Of a DNA stretch of 64,000 nt, positions 37,099 through 51,284 are shown piece after piece. Both the position numbers and the translations under genes were made by a program. The notes under the pieces are model-generated. The model ran no database searches, was not told where the DNA came from, and saw nothing but the letters and a program-made list of their open reading frames with translations. Numbering within the stretch: position 1 is the stretch's first letter; each line of letters begins with the position of its first letter. Source of the stretch: Blasia pusilla (lineage: Eukaryota); the NCBI GenBank assembly GCA_050084515.1, contig CM114271.1, forward strand, positions 34,038,001-34,102,000, written 5' to 3'.

Positions 37099-38863
37099 TC
37101 AACTATTTGTTGACATGGGAATTTGCTGGATATTCGATGCAAAGGGCAGATTTGTAGGTTGATGGAAGCAAAATCCAATTGAAAAAGGAATAGAGGAGTG
37201 TGAGGGATTCTCGTTGTTCATAGGAGCCAAAACCCAGAGATATAAAGGTTCTAAGTTCGAAAGGTTGATTCAAATGTACTTGCTTCCACACTCCTTTCAT
37301 CTCTTCTCTCCTCTTCTCCTTCATACACCACTTCTAGAAGCCCTCTTTCGAATAACCATACTTCTTTAATGGCGGTAATATTATATATGATGTCAATGAA
37401 ATTAGAGTTTGAAGTATTCCCCTTTATTTTCTCATCTATATTATTCTTGTTACTAGAGAGTGGCTTTTATTATTATTTGCAAGCATATATGACAACATAA
37501 ATTCAAATTTCGTTTTGCTAATTTTCGGGATTAGTCTTGTCGAGGGCATGAGTTACACTACTGTATATTATTATTGGTGAACAACTATTTATTTTTCAAA
37601 CTCTTCTCATGTCGACGCTTGACCCTCTCAACCAGTAGGATCGTTTGATCTCTCAACCAACAGGATTATTCAAAATTGATTTAAAATGTCACACAACAAT
37701 TTTAGGAGTTAATCCAACATTAGTCATTTAAATCACATGAGTCTATCTATATCATAGAATGTCCTTCTATTTTCCTCTTGACATCTCCCATTTTTAGTCA
37801 ATCACGTGCTTACATACGTCCTTGATATTTAGAGTGGATATTGGATAGTCAAATTTGAAGTCCCTAAGGGTAGATTTGAGGTGAAATAAGAGTGCGGTGG
37901 CCTTATTGTCTTGGAACTCATGATGAGTAATTCAACTTATCCGTCGTCAGTAATCTATATCATCAAGAGAGGATGATTATTAGAAAACTTAGAAAACTTT
38001 CGACACTCCTCTCATGTTGACACATATATGTGAAATGAATTAAATCTACATACTAATTTAATCCGAGGATGCAACATTTGTAACTACTCCTCTCTATAAC
38101 AAGCATCTTTAGATTTCTTTCAAGAGTACTTTTGGTCACGTTGAAAAGGATTACAACTTTTTTTTTAAAAGAAAATAAACTATGAAATAGGCATCCAAAC
38201 TGAATCTTTACTAATTAAGAAAAAAGAGAAGACGTAAGACAAGGGGAAAATACACTTAAAATGGAAGATACAAATTTTTTTTCACTTGAAAAAGATTATA
38301 GATATAATTCCGGCACATCGGACGGGCAACTTAGTGGTAGTAGGTGTCCAAGTTGTGTCTCCTCCTTCCATCCATTTCCGTCCGCATGCAGAGTCATTGC
38401 AGACTTTGCGATGTTCAGCGTAGATGCGTATCAGTACCACGCGAGCCTCGCCTCCGGATTCCGTCTCTCTTTCTCCCAGTTTTCCGTTCGTCCGTGCCTG
38501 TCATGGGGACCACACGAACCTCGTATCCGGTTTCCGTCTTGCGTCCGTCCGTCTTGCGTCCTTCCGTCCGTCCGTCCGTCCTCGAGAAGGAAATACGGAA
38601 AAGAGGCCGTGAGAGAGAGAGAGAGTTTGGGTTTTTTGGCTGTCAAGTGTGGGGGGCGAGCGGATGAAAGACAGACAGACAGACAGAAGGAAGAAATCGG
38701 AAGAAGAAAGGAGAGAAGAGAGAGGGGAGGGATTGACAGTTGCGGAAGGGAAGAGGGACGGGGAGCGGAGGAGGGTTGGTGCACCCGCTCGCCACTGCGA
38801 AGAGATTCGAGCGCGTGATTCCTGCGAATCGGAGTGTCGCGGGATTTCCTCTGGTTAGAGAGA

Positions 38864-41800
38864 ATGGCACTGACCTGCAGGCAGCTTGTGTTTCCTGAGC
38901 TGCGGGAGATTTCCGTGAGGGATGCGTGTGGCGGTCTGGAGAATAATAGCAATGCTAATGGACGGGCGCCCGCGCTGTCTCCCAGGCTTCGCTCTTTCCG
39001 GGGATTGCACAGAGACAAGGATCTGATGCCCGCTTCTCCTCGTTGGCCTTCCGCTTATGTGGTGCGTTTTGGTGCACGATTCTCGCTCGCATTTGCAATT
39101 TTGCGTCGTTTGGGCCGACGTGGGAGCCCCGGCTCATTTCGTCGCCCGACCTGCGTCCAGATGTCGTCCAATTCTCTAGGTATGTTGACGTGTAGTGCAA
39201 GTAATGTGAGGGTGTATTCTACAGCGCCTGTACAATTCACTGGGAGGATTTGCCATTGCGTCTCAACGGATCTCGAGCGCCGTCTGGAGTCGGATAGCCT
39301 ACGGCGTGCAGGCTGGGAAATGTCTTGTTATCTCATTGCGGTCCTTGGATGGATTGTGATATTATGTCGGTACAACCAGTCTTATGTTGGTTAATGGTCG
39401 TTCCGTACGGTGTCCTGTCAATTGGTTCTTTGACAAATGCGTGGCTGCGGGTCCTCCCCCGTGTGCTTCATGTAGTTCGATGAGTCTCTGGTGGAGGCTC
39501 AGCGTCGGCCAGTAGCGAGCTTTAATTCCCTTAGTGTGCAAATGTCCGCATTCATAAAATACGGACTCGTGGTTGGTCGGCAAGCATATTCTCGAAAGTT
39601 AACAACTCCTATTTTATGATTTTCCAAAGTTCCGTCTGTTCTGCTATCATGACTCATCTTCCCACGGTGCAGGTAAATCAATCTTCAAGCAACAAGTTCT
39701 GTGTGTGGGGCTCCAGGTGTCAGAGCTCTAGAAGTCGCAGCATTCGGTCTGAGGCTGTGGCCATCACTTCATCCAAGTGAGTGCTTTTGAGCTGAGCACA
39801 GCATCTGAACTTCAATCCATGAACCACTAGTGTGCAAAGGCCTGCCGCTTATCTGCAGGATTATGAGCCCGGTATATGAGTCCTTCCAGTGTAAGAACTG
39901 CTCATTGTTGCACTTGTCCGGCCGTGACGAGCTCTCAATGTGTTCACCCGTCTCCCAATCAAACAGCAGTCGCCAAAACATTAATTCTGTACTTGGAACC
40001 AACATTCTCTCAGTTTTGACATGCCATGACTGCTCCAGAGCTTTGTTCCTCTTGTCACTCCGATAGTTTTTACACAAACTTTCTTCCTACTGAGCTTGAT
40101 ACTACTTGAGCCTAGAAATTGGCTCTCTGATTTTGACCCTTGCATAGAGCACTCTCCTGAAGAAAGAGATGGTGGAACTGTGGTGGCAGTGAGGCTGAAA
40201 CCCTTGAGGGTGTGGATTGGGATAAATTTGGATTCGGGATTCGCCCAACTGATGCCATGTATATCATGAAGTGTGGGCAAGACGGTGAATGGAGTAAGGG
40301 GGAGCTGATTCCTTTCGGTAATCTGGAGATGAGTCCCTCTGCTGCTGTTCTTAACTATGGCCAGGTAATGTTTGCTTGTAAATGTTTTCCTCGTGATAAT
40401 TTCTTATGGATACATGTGTTGATGTGCTCAGGGAAAGACAAGAGGTTCATTCATTGAGTTCTTGGATTAGATATTTCAAGGACTAGATATTGATGTTCAT
40501 TTACTGAGATGCTTGGAAAGCTTTCCCCAAAGTCTTTCAAAATGACCTGCGAATTCACTCTCATGTGTGCATTTTCGGTGGATTTGATGTTTATCATTTA
40601 CTATGGTTGTTTTGCTGAGAGGTATTCTAGAAGATAGTGAATAACTAGGAATTCCTGATCCAATAGTTTGCGGAATGTCCTACGGTGTTATTTGATTTCA
40701 CTTGAAATCAGCGTTAGAAAATGGTGAGCACATTTACCACAGAAATCAGGTGATTGAAGCCTTTGGCAGGATTGGGATACACAGCAACATAGAACTGCAT
40801 AGACTTTACTTATGTAGAGCAAGACCCACAAGAATGACTTGGAAAAACTTAATGGAACTACTCACATTAAGATCAACTACATGTCAGGCGCAATCGACTG
40901 TTTTCCCTAGTCATTGCTCTTATGTAGGGCAATACCCACAAGGATGACTTGGAAAAACTTGATGGAACTATTCACATTGATATCAACTACATATCAGGCA
41001 CTGTCACTCGCGTTCCCTGGTCAATCCTCTTCCCATCTATCACTATTGAAAATTAACCATTTGAGCAGTCACTTGTGTCAGCTGTTACAATCTGCTGACT
41101 CCACCAATCAGACCAGCATATTACAAGGACGCGATCTCCTTTTGGTTGACAGTGCATGTTTGGACTACTCTCATGCTTTTCCATCCTTGTTTTCATTGTG
41201 ATAGGGATTGTTTGAAGGTCTTAAGGCCTACAGGACAGCGGATGGACGCATTCTCCTGTTTAGGCCTGAAGAGAATGCCCTTCGTATGATCTCTGGGGCA
41301 GATAGGCTAAGCATGCCTGAAGTTCCTGTGAATGCATTCGTAAATGCCGTCAAGCAAACTGTTCTTGCAAACAAGCGCTGGGTACGTAACTCATGCTATA
41401 TCCTCTAAGTTTCTGGGCTTCTGGAGGTACGTGTACAAGTTTTAAGACTTTCCTGGCTCCTTGAATGTCTTTCTGTACTGGAACAAAGTTCTTGTCAAAC
41501 ACTAGTTACTGATGCTTGACATTGAAATGACTTTTTGCAGATTCCTCCTCCTGGCAAGGGCTCCTTGTACATCCGTCCTTTGCTGCTAGGTTCAGGAGCT
41601 GTTCTAGGTTTAGCTCCAGCCCCTGAATACACGTTCCTTATCTATGTATCGCCTGTGGGTAATTACTTCAAGGTGAGATTTGCAGCTTTCTCAAATTCTT
41701 GCAAGTTTAGCTCATATCATATGAAAGGATGAAAAAGTCGCCCTCCAAAATAAATGTCAGATACGAGGAACATGGATCTGAAATCAAAACGTCCTATTGC

Positions 41801-43640
41801 TTGAACAGGGGGGATTGACCCCAATTGACCTGAAAGTGGACAACTATTATCATCGAGCAGCACCAGGAGGAACAGGAGGAGTAAAGACGATTGGTAATTA
41901 TGCTCCGGTAGGACCTCTATGACCATACATAGCCAGCAGGCCAAAATGGTGTTTAGTGTCCTGGATTACTGAAAGAGAATCAAGTCCAGAGGGAGCTTGT
42001 TGTGGTGAGCATCTTGCTAATTGCACCCTGAACTCTCAAGCTTGTATGCCAGTCGACTATCTCAGCTCTGCTCATTTTCCAGAGTTAACAACTCTGACAG
42101 TAGTGAGTTGTAGCATGTGCTCATGTCATTCTTATTCTCTATGGTTCGCTTGTTTACTGAGATGTTGTGAATACACGTGGCACATAATCTGTATGTGGTG
42201 GTGGTTACAGTTTAGTCTCAATTTTTTATTTTTATTGTGGTGCTTTGACAACTTCTGTGCTATTCTCTTTAAAAAAAAATTACTAGTCCTGAAAGTCTCA
42301 TTTTCGTCCCACATGCATGGAAACTTGTATAAGTGGGAGAAGTGGTGCTGGAGAAACTCTGGAGCCTGCAATAATACAACTTCTTAGTTCTCCCCGCATA
42401 CACTAATCATTGAGTGTGTCGAGAATATGGACACTTGTGGATATGCTTGAGTAAAAGCATCTTGGGGGATCCTTACTTTTGCAGAGGACGATCTGATCAA
42501 AGTGAAAGGCTCATCCATGTAAATGCCAACTTTCTGCTTGGGAAACTCCCGACAGGTGTTGAAGACACAGCTAAGAGCAAAAAGCAAAGGCTACTCAGAT
42601 GTGCTGTACTTGGATGCAGTGGAGAATAAGTATGTGGAGGAGGTATCATCTTGCAACATCTTTGTTGTCAAAGTAAGCTTGGTCCTTCCTACCCATTCTC
42701 AAAAACTTTTGATGTTTAAGAGCGATGTTGTATGTACATAGAATGGTTTTCGTATTCCCTTCACTGGAAGATCTTGTAAAAGGATGTGCAGTAGTGATCA
42801 CCTCTTCGTTACAGCTTTTTCCTTATCGCCGACACGAAGATTTAAATGATGTTTTTAAGGAAGGCAGCCACAGTCTTAGAGGTTGTAACAAGAACAATTT
42901 GAATAGAAGTGATGATGTAACACGCCAAACTCTGTGGATTTAATATGCCTGTTGTCATACCTACACAATGTGAGCTTGGTTATTTTTGAATCTACTTTCA
43001 GGATGGCAAAATAGCTACCCCAGATCTCCGGGGAACCATATTGCCAGGGATCACCAGGAAGAGCATCATTGAACTGGCCCGCAAGTTGCAGTTCCAGGTA
43101 TGAATCAAGGAACTGACAGAGGTGGACGCTCCACTCGAAAGCTTCAATACTGAGTTTATCTCTTTGGACATATCCCATTTCCCACACAAGTAGACCAGGA
43201 TTTCATTGTCATTGGCCTAAAGTGCGGCGGACTATTTCTAACCTATGTGTTTCCAGGTTGAGGAACGCCCTGTTTCTGTGGATGAGTTGCTCGAGGCTGA
43301 TGAAGCGTTCTGCACTGGTACAGCTGTGGTGGTGAATCCTGTTGGTTCTATCACATACGATGACAAACGGTTTGTCCTCCTTGCTCTAGTTTCAGGCTGG
43401 AATTCATTGCACATGTTAATGTTTTCCACTTTCTGTCTGTCCCAACCTGGAATCATAGCCGAGAAGTTTAGCTTTTGTAATGTGTGCAGTCTTGTATGAT
43501 CTAAGAGAATATTTGCATGCAGTGTGAAGTTCAAGAATGGAGGGCATGGTGAAGTTGCTCAACAACTCTATACTGCACTGACTGACATCCAGATGGGAAA
43601 GGCTGAGGATCAATTGGGTTGGATAGTGCAAATAGCTTAA
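38864..43640 (+). CDS. BCAT: Branched-chain amino acid aminotransferase (PLP fold IV), 442 aa, likely organelle-targeted
   Basis: Ten exons in consistent phase: 38864-39061, 39673-39776, 40190-40364, 41205-41381, 41541-41672, 41809-41907, 42556-42672, 43002-43097, 43257-43369, 43523-43640. Motifs [29 protein letters not shown] (PLP Lys at 41884), [29 protein letters not shown]-rich N-terminal extension. Confidence 0.95.
40809..41023. repeat. ~110-bp tandem duplication in BCAT intron 3
   Basis: CTTATGTAG.GCAA.ACCCACAAG.ATGACTTGGAAAAACTT.ATGGAACTA.TCACATT...ATCAACTACAT.TCAGGC occurs twice. Confidence 0.9.
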
Positions 43641-45705
43641 AGACTTTTACTATAGATTCAACTCTCCTACCTGTTTGTTACTAAGTTCTCCGTATGAGAG
43701 AGGTCTTCGTGTCAATTTTGTACAATTGTCTCTTAACCTAGTTCATCTGTGGCGGCAATATGAATGGTTATGTGCTCACAGGATGCTGAAGAGTAGATAC
43801 AGTCATCTCTCATACCAACCAGATATTTTTCTCTCTAACCAGGTGTCCCCTATTCTCTGCATTACGAGGGGCAAGAATTGTATGTGGCTACAAGAAGGAT
43901 CTGTCTTTGTCCCCTTGTCCATAGACCAGTGGGGAGTGCGTGGATTTTTGTGTGCACCAATTTTGCATTTGCACTCTTTATACTCTTTTATGTAATTTCA
44001 TATTCCTTGCTTGAGAGGAGGAAGGGAGCTTAGATGGTTCTGATGATGGCAATCTGGACTATTTGACGTAGTTCATAATTTATTGGAAAGTGCCAGAAGA
44101 GTCAGGTCGTCACTTGTGTATGAGCATGTTTCTAGATTAGTGCATTAAACAGAGGAATGTTCTTGAAGGCTGCAATTTGTACCGTCTCTTTGACATGTCT
44201 CAATTCTTGGGAAGGACGGAGATGGAAATTGAAAAGCCTGTGTACCATTAAGGTATTGGCACTTCAAATGCATCCAGCAGTCTCAGATCCAAAGTTTAAT
44301 TCCAGGAGAGTTCTCCCACCCACTTTGGTTTAACTTGGAAGTTATGGTTGAGGACCAGCAAGATCATCTATTTAGATGTGAAGTTACTCAGCACCAGGGA
44401 ACTCGGTTGATTGGAGAGGTCAATTAAGAGTTTTCGGGGTTAGTTAAGTCATGAATCAAATGATAATCTAATGTAGACGAGTCCATTAGTAGTTATGGGT
44501 GTAGTGTATACTAGTGCCCGTGCTCTGCACAGGTGAAAGAGAGTCCAAGGAGATAAAGACGTGTGTACTAGAGGAGCTTACATGTTTTTTGCTCAGAAGT
44601 GACACACATCAATTACCTACTTGTCTGAAAGAATGGATGTTATCGGAAGACATGGCACCCCTATAAGGGCTCTCTCTCATAATAATGTAGATAGATGGGG
44701 GAATCTCTTGATTATGTATAATGAAGGCGACCAAAGACACATACAGCAGAGGTCTATGCTCAAAATACAAACTAGAATGTAAGTACATGGTAGTTAGTAG
44801 GCTCAAATTCCAATTAGACCTTCTTCACGTCCCATGTTAAAGTGTCCCAATGTACACATGGGGGACTCGCTCTGGTTGGTTATTTGTGACTGATGACACA
44901 TACGACAGGGATCCATGCACAACACACTAAAGAAGTATAGTACAAGCATATTGTAATTAGTAGCCTCTAATCCCAATCCCCTCTTCAAACTAACTTGCTA
45001 TATAGTTAGCAAAAGGATCTTACATTAGATCTTTTTGCTAGGAGAGTTAGTGAATGTCCCTCACGGACTTAAAAATGTTTAGAACGGCACCTTGGCAATT
45101 CCATCATGAGATTTGCTGGTCTCCTTCTAAATGCCGCCCAAGGCTCACGATATTGCACACCTTGTAGTCCTCAAGAGAACATCATGTGGTTGTGAAGTTG
45201 ATTCAATTTTTGACAATAGAGATGGGATGAAATATATTTTGCTCTTTGTTAGTATTGAAGCCATGTTGGGGTGTGCAGACTTTTTTTATTCTAATATCAC
45301 CCATAGTTTAATCTTGTGTCAAAGCACAAAGGTTAGAATAATCAAATAAAGTTCACACGATTTTTACAATATCATTGGTGCCTTGATGATTAGACCAATT
45401 CTCTATGACACCAACATTTACACTAGCTCTTAATCAAGGATTTCCATGATCATACTTTTTCTTTGATGATGATCATCTTCAAAGGAGTGTCATTTTGAGC
45501 TTTTCAATAATGACATACCTCCCTTTTTAGTAGGATGTTTTCCAAAGTTAAATGGATATGTGAATATTACCATGAAAAAAATCTGAGATTTTGTGGATGG
45601 GCAACTTAAGAAATACTAGTTAGCATGTCCTATGCACGGAAAGAAGTATTATTATGAATAATTATTAAGAAAAAAAAAGAAATTAAAGAGTGGATAATTT
45701 TTTCT

Positions 45706-46033
45706 AACCCACTCCTCATATACATAAAATCACCACTAAACCATTCCCCCCATAAATATAACCCCGCCAATCAAATGAAACCCCACTACTTCCTAAAATA
45801 ATTACTACCCAAGTTTTAACTCACTCTTCACATACATAAAATCACCACTAAACCACTCCCCCATAAATGAATGTAACCCCCACCAATCAAATTAAATCCC
45901 ACTATTTCCTACAATAATTACTATTTAATTTTAACCCACTCCTCACATACATAAAATCACCACTAAACCAATCCCATAAATATAACTCCCACCAAATTAA
46001 ACCCCACTACTTCCTACAATAACTACGACCCAA
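45706..46033. repeat. Three-copy ~113-bp tandem repeat
   Basis: Units start at ~45706, 45818 and 45933, each with CATACATAAAATCACCACTAAACC-like...CCCACTA.TTCCTA.AATAA. Confidence 0.85.
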
Positions 46034-46129
46034 GGATTTTTATTTCTTCTCAAACTCATAAGAAGTTACAAAATGAATACATGAAAAAAATAGGAACATA
46101 CTACTATTTTATCTTATTATGGTTGCTAT

Positions 46130-46408
46130 CATGGTTGCACAAAAATAGAAAAATCCTTCCTTAGGACGGACATGGACGGACAAGTCTGGACATGAGTTCC
46201 AAGAGATGGGAAGCAAGACAAGGATGAGAAGAGCAATGAGGGAGGAGTGAGTGGAGGTGGAAGGAGGAAGAAATAGGGGAGTATGAAATACGAAGGCAAG
46301 TAAGAGGAATGAGAAAGAAGGGAAAGATGGGGCATATACGGACAAGTCCTTCCATAGGACGGACATAGACATGTCCACGGACACAGACTTTTTCCATATG
46401 CAACCTTG
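46130..46408 (+). mobile_element. hAT-type MITE copy A
   Basis: Termini CATGGTTGCA...TGCAACCTTG. Flanks GTTGCTAT/GCTGTTAT (8 bp, two transitions). Confidence 0.75.
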
Positions 46409-46701
46409 GCTGTTATCTTATCTTATTCTACTTGTGGGATTGCGTATTATATTATGGATAATGATGCTTTCATTGGGGGGAAATTATGTGCTTTTACTTT
46501 CTTGTCACTTTCATCAACTATGGTGCCTCGACTCTCTAAAAAACCGAACGAGTGTGTTGCAAAAGCTTGCTTTTAACAAGTTATACTCTTGTTATTGATA
46601 TGCATCCAAATACACTCACATTAGTGATCGTCTACATCCACCAGACTTGCATCTCATAAGTGTGGGTCTCGGATCATTTTTCAAGTTCTACATATCTAGA
46701 C

Positions 46702-46971
46702 CATGGTTGCACAAAAATGGACAAGTTCATATTTATGGTAGACATGAACGGATAAGTATGGCTATGAATTGCAAGGGGTGCATCCACACTTATAGATCTT
46801 GGTGGAAGGTGAGGCAAGGGCAGGCGGGGTAATAAGTGGGGAGGGAATGGAGGTGGGGGAAGGAAGAAAAGGGAAGGTGCAAAACATATAGGCAAGTGGG
46901 ATGGGGTCCACAAGTCCTTCCATGGAACCAACGTAAGTCCACGTACATGGAATTTTCCACATGCAACCTTG
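46702..46971 (+). mobile_element. hAT-type MITE copy B with a perfect 8-bp TSD
   Basis: Termini CATGGTTGCA...TGCAACCTTG flanked on both sides by ATCTAGAC (46694-46701, 46972-46979). Confidence 0.88.
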
Positions 46972-49248
46972 ATCTAGACGTGGTCTCTCATTCCTTGATC
47001 CATGCAAATTATTCAAGACTTTGGATAAACTTCCTCAATAGCCTAAGGACCTAAAAAAAATGTATGTGTATCTAGAGAATGTATAATGTATTGGAATCCA
47101 CTTCTCACAAGCTTTCCAACACCCCTTTATTCATCCTAGACTCATCTTGAGTTGATATTTTATGATCTCAAACGTGAAAGGCCATGAAACTCTAAATCAT
47201 GTTTTGAGCTAGGTTGTAGTCTCCTTTGAGTTGAACTCTTGTAGGACTTGAGCTCTTCTAGTATAAAACCCTTATCATTCAAGATGCATATTAATGCTTG
47301 CACGTCGCTTCTACAACTCGTGTCTTGCTCATGAGAATCCTACGTGTTTCCATCATAATGTGAGTCCATTAGAATTTTGTTATTTCATATTGGCGTACAT
47401 TTGGTTATGAGGATTGCAACATCATCAATTACCAACTTGTATTCTACATAATCTTTGCTTGCATGCACTATCAACTTGTATTCGCTTCTACGTAGAGATT
47501 ATGAGTTGTATTTGAGTCTTGTGATTATTATCATTTCCATTGATTTTCGCTTTTCTTTAAATCCATAAACATTGTGCAATTTTGTGCATCATTATAACAA
47601 ACAAGACTCTTAGAGAACAATCACCAATTTTAATTTGGATCATACAGAGGGAAGGATTATTTTTATGGAAAATCCCTAAAGTTATATGCAGCAAAACTAA
47701 ACTTACTATCGTATGACAATGCATATTTCATCAACAATAGAATGATTGCAAATTTTATGTATTTTTGTCTAAAGTGTGTAGATTTCAAAGATCAATCTTC
47801 TTATTTACAAGATTTTGATGTATGAGAGTTTTTATGTTCTTTCAAACCAACAAAGATAATTTAGAGTTCCAACTACTTATAATTCTTTTGAGTCTCATAG
47901 GTCAAGCTGGTTTACTTTACTTGTTAAACATTTATCACCTTTGTATTAAGGCATTCATTAAATACTTTAAACCTAAACATCTCCCTTTCTTCATTGTTGT
48001 AATACGGAGATTGCCTCATTGAACTTACTTTTATCTTAAATTGGAACAAGTTCATAGAAGAGAGTTCTTCACTTGTTTCAATTTATAGATATACGTATAT
48101 ATCTCAACTATTTTCGCTTCAACTTCAAAATGTTATTTTCAACTCCTAATATCACGCTTCTAGTGTCGATCGATGTATTGGAAAGAAAACACATAACATA
48201 AGACATCACATCACTATGTATATCATCATATCACTAGGCCACATAAATAGTTGGGAAACTTATCGCTCTCCAAATGAATAAATAACAATTGAGCAAGATA
48301 CACCTTCAACATGAGGGGCTTCGGTTCTGATACACCGCTAATAATACCATGCCCTAATCTATGCTTAGGAAGGCTCAACTGTTTAAAGATGGGCCTCTTC
48401 AAGTCTCCCGTTGGGTTATACTTTTCTCTAAATTCTCATGGCTCCAAAAAGGTGACCTATGCAAACATATTATCTCGGCATACACGATGGATTACTAACT
48501 TACATAGAACCTCCAAGAAGGTTTAAAGAAAGCCCCTAAATGATAATATATATATACACCTCACCAAGAGAGGCTCGAATCCCACTCTTAGATCCTCTCC
48601 ACTTGTTACTTTACATACATACCCTCTACATGGTCACACTATTTAGAATTCATTTATATTACAATTGAAATAGAATATACGACTCAGTATGAAAGTAATA
48701 TGTATTCCAATGTGAAATCTTATCATGGAAAAAATGGTTTTTAAATTAAAAAATACATCTTTTTTAAGGAATGGAGAGATATTCATCAATATGTGAATAA
48801 TATGCCAATAATATAAATATATGAACAAATTCAAGATAACTCATATAATTTAGTACAATGATTCTTAGCCTGATAGGTTAGATACTGATGTAGATATACA
48901 TATTAGCATCTAAGGAAAGGAAATAAGTTTTTTGGGAATCTTGGGAAAGTGCTCCTTATCCCTATCTTTATATCGATAGAGAGAGGGATGAGGCTCTTTC
49001 ATTGTATGCATTATATTCTTACTCTCCATATTTATTCAAGCTAGCTCTCTTCTTTATATGTGTATGTGTGAGGGTAAAGGTCTTACATGGATATTAGTTT
49101 CTATACCTTATCATAACTTGAAAGAGTGTGAAGAATCCTTTGGAAAGTGGAAGATCTTCAAGGAGAGCAAGAAAATATTTTCAAAGAGGAGAATTTGACC
49201 CATGGGGGTAAAATCCTCTTAGATAGACATAATTATTTCTTTTAAGGT

Positions 49249-49561
49249 TGTCGCGCGCATACACATTGTTGTCACTAACTACAAACACATAACATAAGAC
49301 ACCATAGTCACCTATAGGATCTGAACATCGAGATCATCATGTACCAAAATATTTGCGATTAATTCAAAAGCATTTCAATCTCTACCTCTCTCTCATGTCA
49401 AACTAAACGCACTCTCCTAATTAATGAGAGGTTTGGGTCACTCAAAAGGCAAGGAGGACAAGAGCTCTATCGCCTCATACCAAAAGGTTCAACAATGAGC
49501 TCCAGAGATCTATCTCTTTAGGTATACCCCTTCCCTCTCTCAAACTCTCTCCATAGTAACC
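49249..49561 (-). mobile_element. Degenerate solo-LTR-like relative of the copy 2 LTR
   Basis: On + it begins TGTCGCGCGCATACACA, like 51774. 49385-49561 aligns with 51960-52144 (ATGTCAAAC...CACTCTCCTAAT...AAACTCTCTCCAT.GTAACC). Confidence 0.75.
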
Positions 49562-50199
49562 TTTGCTCTCATGTTATCTTCTTGGCTCTAAACCTCATAT
49601 AAGGGGTCAAGGGCCACTTCCCAAAGCGGAAGGTTAGCTATGCTCATAATAAAAACTTACCCCAAATAGTAAATGTCTCAATATAGCTCCAAATGAGTCA
49701 AAAAAGGGGAAATTCGCTCTCTCATATTACCTAAGGCCTCAACACATAATCCTTGACCTCTCAAGATCATCCTACCATCTCCTCAAAGGTGTCCTATAGA
49801 TGCTTGCAAATCCATCCTGAAAGATGTGAGAAGGCCAAAAAAATCTCGAAAGGCCAAAATACAAGTTTGATATGATATGACTAAAAATCTCGTATTTCCT
49901 ACATGTTGCTCCAAATTTTTTTTTATCTATCGTCCAAATTATCTAGATTTCTAATTTTAGGCTCCAAACTAGATACCATCAAAAACTCGTGAAGTTGTTA
50001 TCTTCAAAAAAATATTTAATTTGACCAAATGAAAAACTTTCTAAAAATTTTTAGACTTAAATGCAACAAGAACGTAATACAAATATAAAATAATGGGTTA
50101 GAAATTGATTGCTAATGCTTGAGAGTTAGAGAGTAGAATTATGGTTTTCAAATCTGTAATAATTTGAAACTTTACGATTTTGATTATGTCTAAATCAAC

Positions 50200-50700
50200 A
50201 TCTAACATAACATGAGAGAAATTGGATTGAAATAAATACTTCGCATATAAGTTTATGATCAAGAACTTCTTTAAGGATCACAAATTGTGGAATCTCATTG
50301 CATGTGAAAAATCCAAGCCTAAAGAAAAATCCACCTTACTATGTATCTATGAGAGATCATATTCAAGATATAAAGACACCCAAGGAAGCATGGGATGCAT
50401 TAGCTAAGTTATATTACTTATATACTATTATTGGGAAATTTGAATTGAAGCAATAGTTGAATATGGTTATAAAAGGATCTCAAAATCAATATAACATATT
50501 ATATCTTTACTATTAGAAGTATCATTGATTAGTTAGGTAGTGTTAGAGTAATCATAAATGATGAGGATATTATTATGATCAAACTTTAATTATAAAGGAA
50601 GAAGTTGAAGTCTTTCGGAAACGTCATTTGTGTTAGGGATACATTCTAGACATTTCAACAATTTATTCCACTTTAACTAGTGAAGAGATGAGATCAATTA
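50200..50700 (+). mobile_element. Ty1/Copia gag remnant
   Basis: HIQDIKTPKEAWDALAKLY (~50358-50414), then LKQ*LNMV and RSIID*LGSVRVIINDEDI; upstream EKLD...KNF...LWNLI. Typical Copia gag (UBN2-type), heavily decayed. Confidence 0.7.
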
Positions 50701-51224
50701 TGACCTATATCTTCTCCAAGTATTTTGCAAGAACATTAATATTACGTAAGAGAAGGTATAGGTAGAAATTTTAGCCATAGAAACCAGATTTATGGTGAAA
50801 GGTTTGGCTCTGAAGATCTTAGTTTCCAAAATCCTTTTGTCACATCTTTTATATTGGAGTGGAGAGTACGTGCTCAACGTATCTAGAAATAGTATGAAAG
50901 TAAGACATTGGTGGCGGGAGGTTAAGGATAATATATTGTAGAGGTAGAATACATTAAGGCATAAGTTTTTCCCTATTTTAGAATCATTTGGAGCTATTTT
51001 GAGGAACTTGCTATTTTGTGTAAGTTCCCTATTTTTGGTTTATTTGACTTATGATTTTGGGCATGTCATGCGTACACAGCTCACCAAGGAGAGAATTTGA
51101 GGAAGGAAAAGAGTGTATACATCAAGGAGAGAACGCTTATAAGCTAATTCTCTCTTTGTTAAACCTCTTGCCATGAGACAAGATATTTATGGTGCTCCTT
51201 GTGCCCTATGAGTAATCAAACCTC

Positions 51225-51227
<3 letters not shown>

Positions 51228-51283
<56 letters not shown>
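51228..51283. repeat. (GA)n microsatellite, ~28 units
   Basis: Perfect GA run. Confidence 0.99.

Positions 51284-51284
<1 letters not shown>

Noticed and set aside
45706-46033. CRISPR-like array
   Set aside because: Whole units repeat without unique spacers, and the context is eukaryotic.
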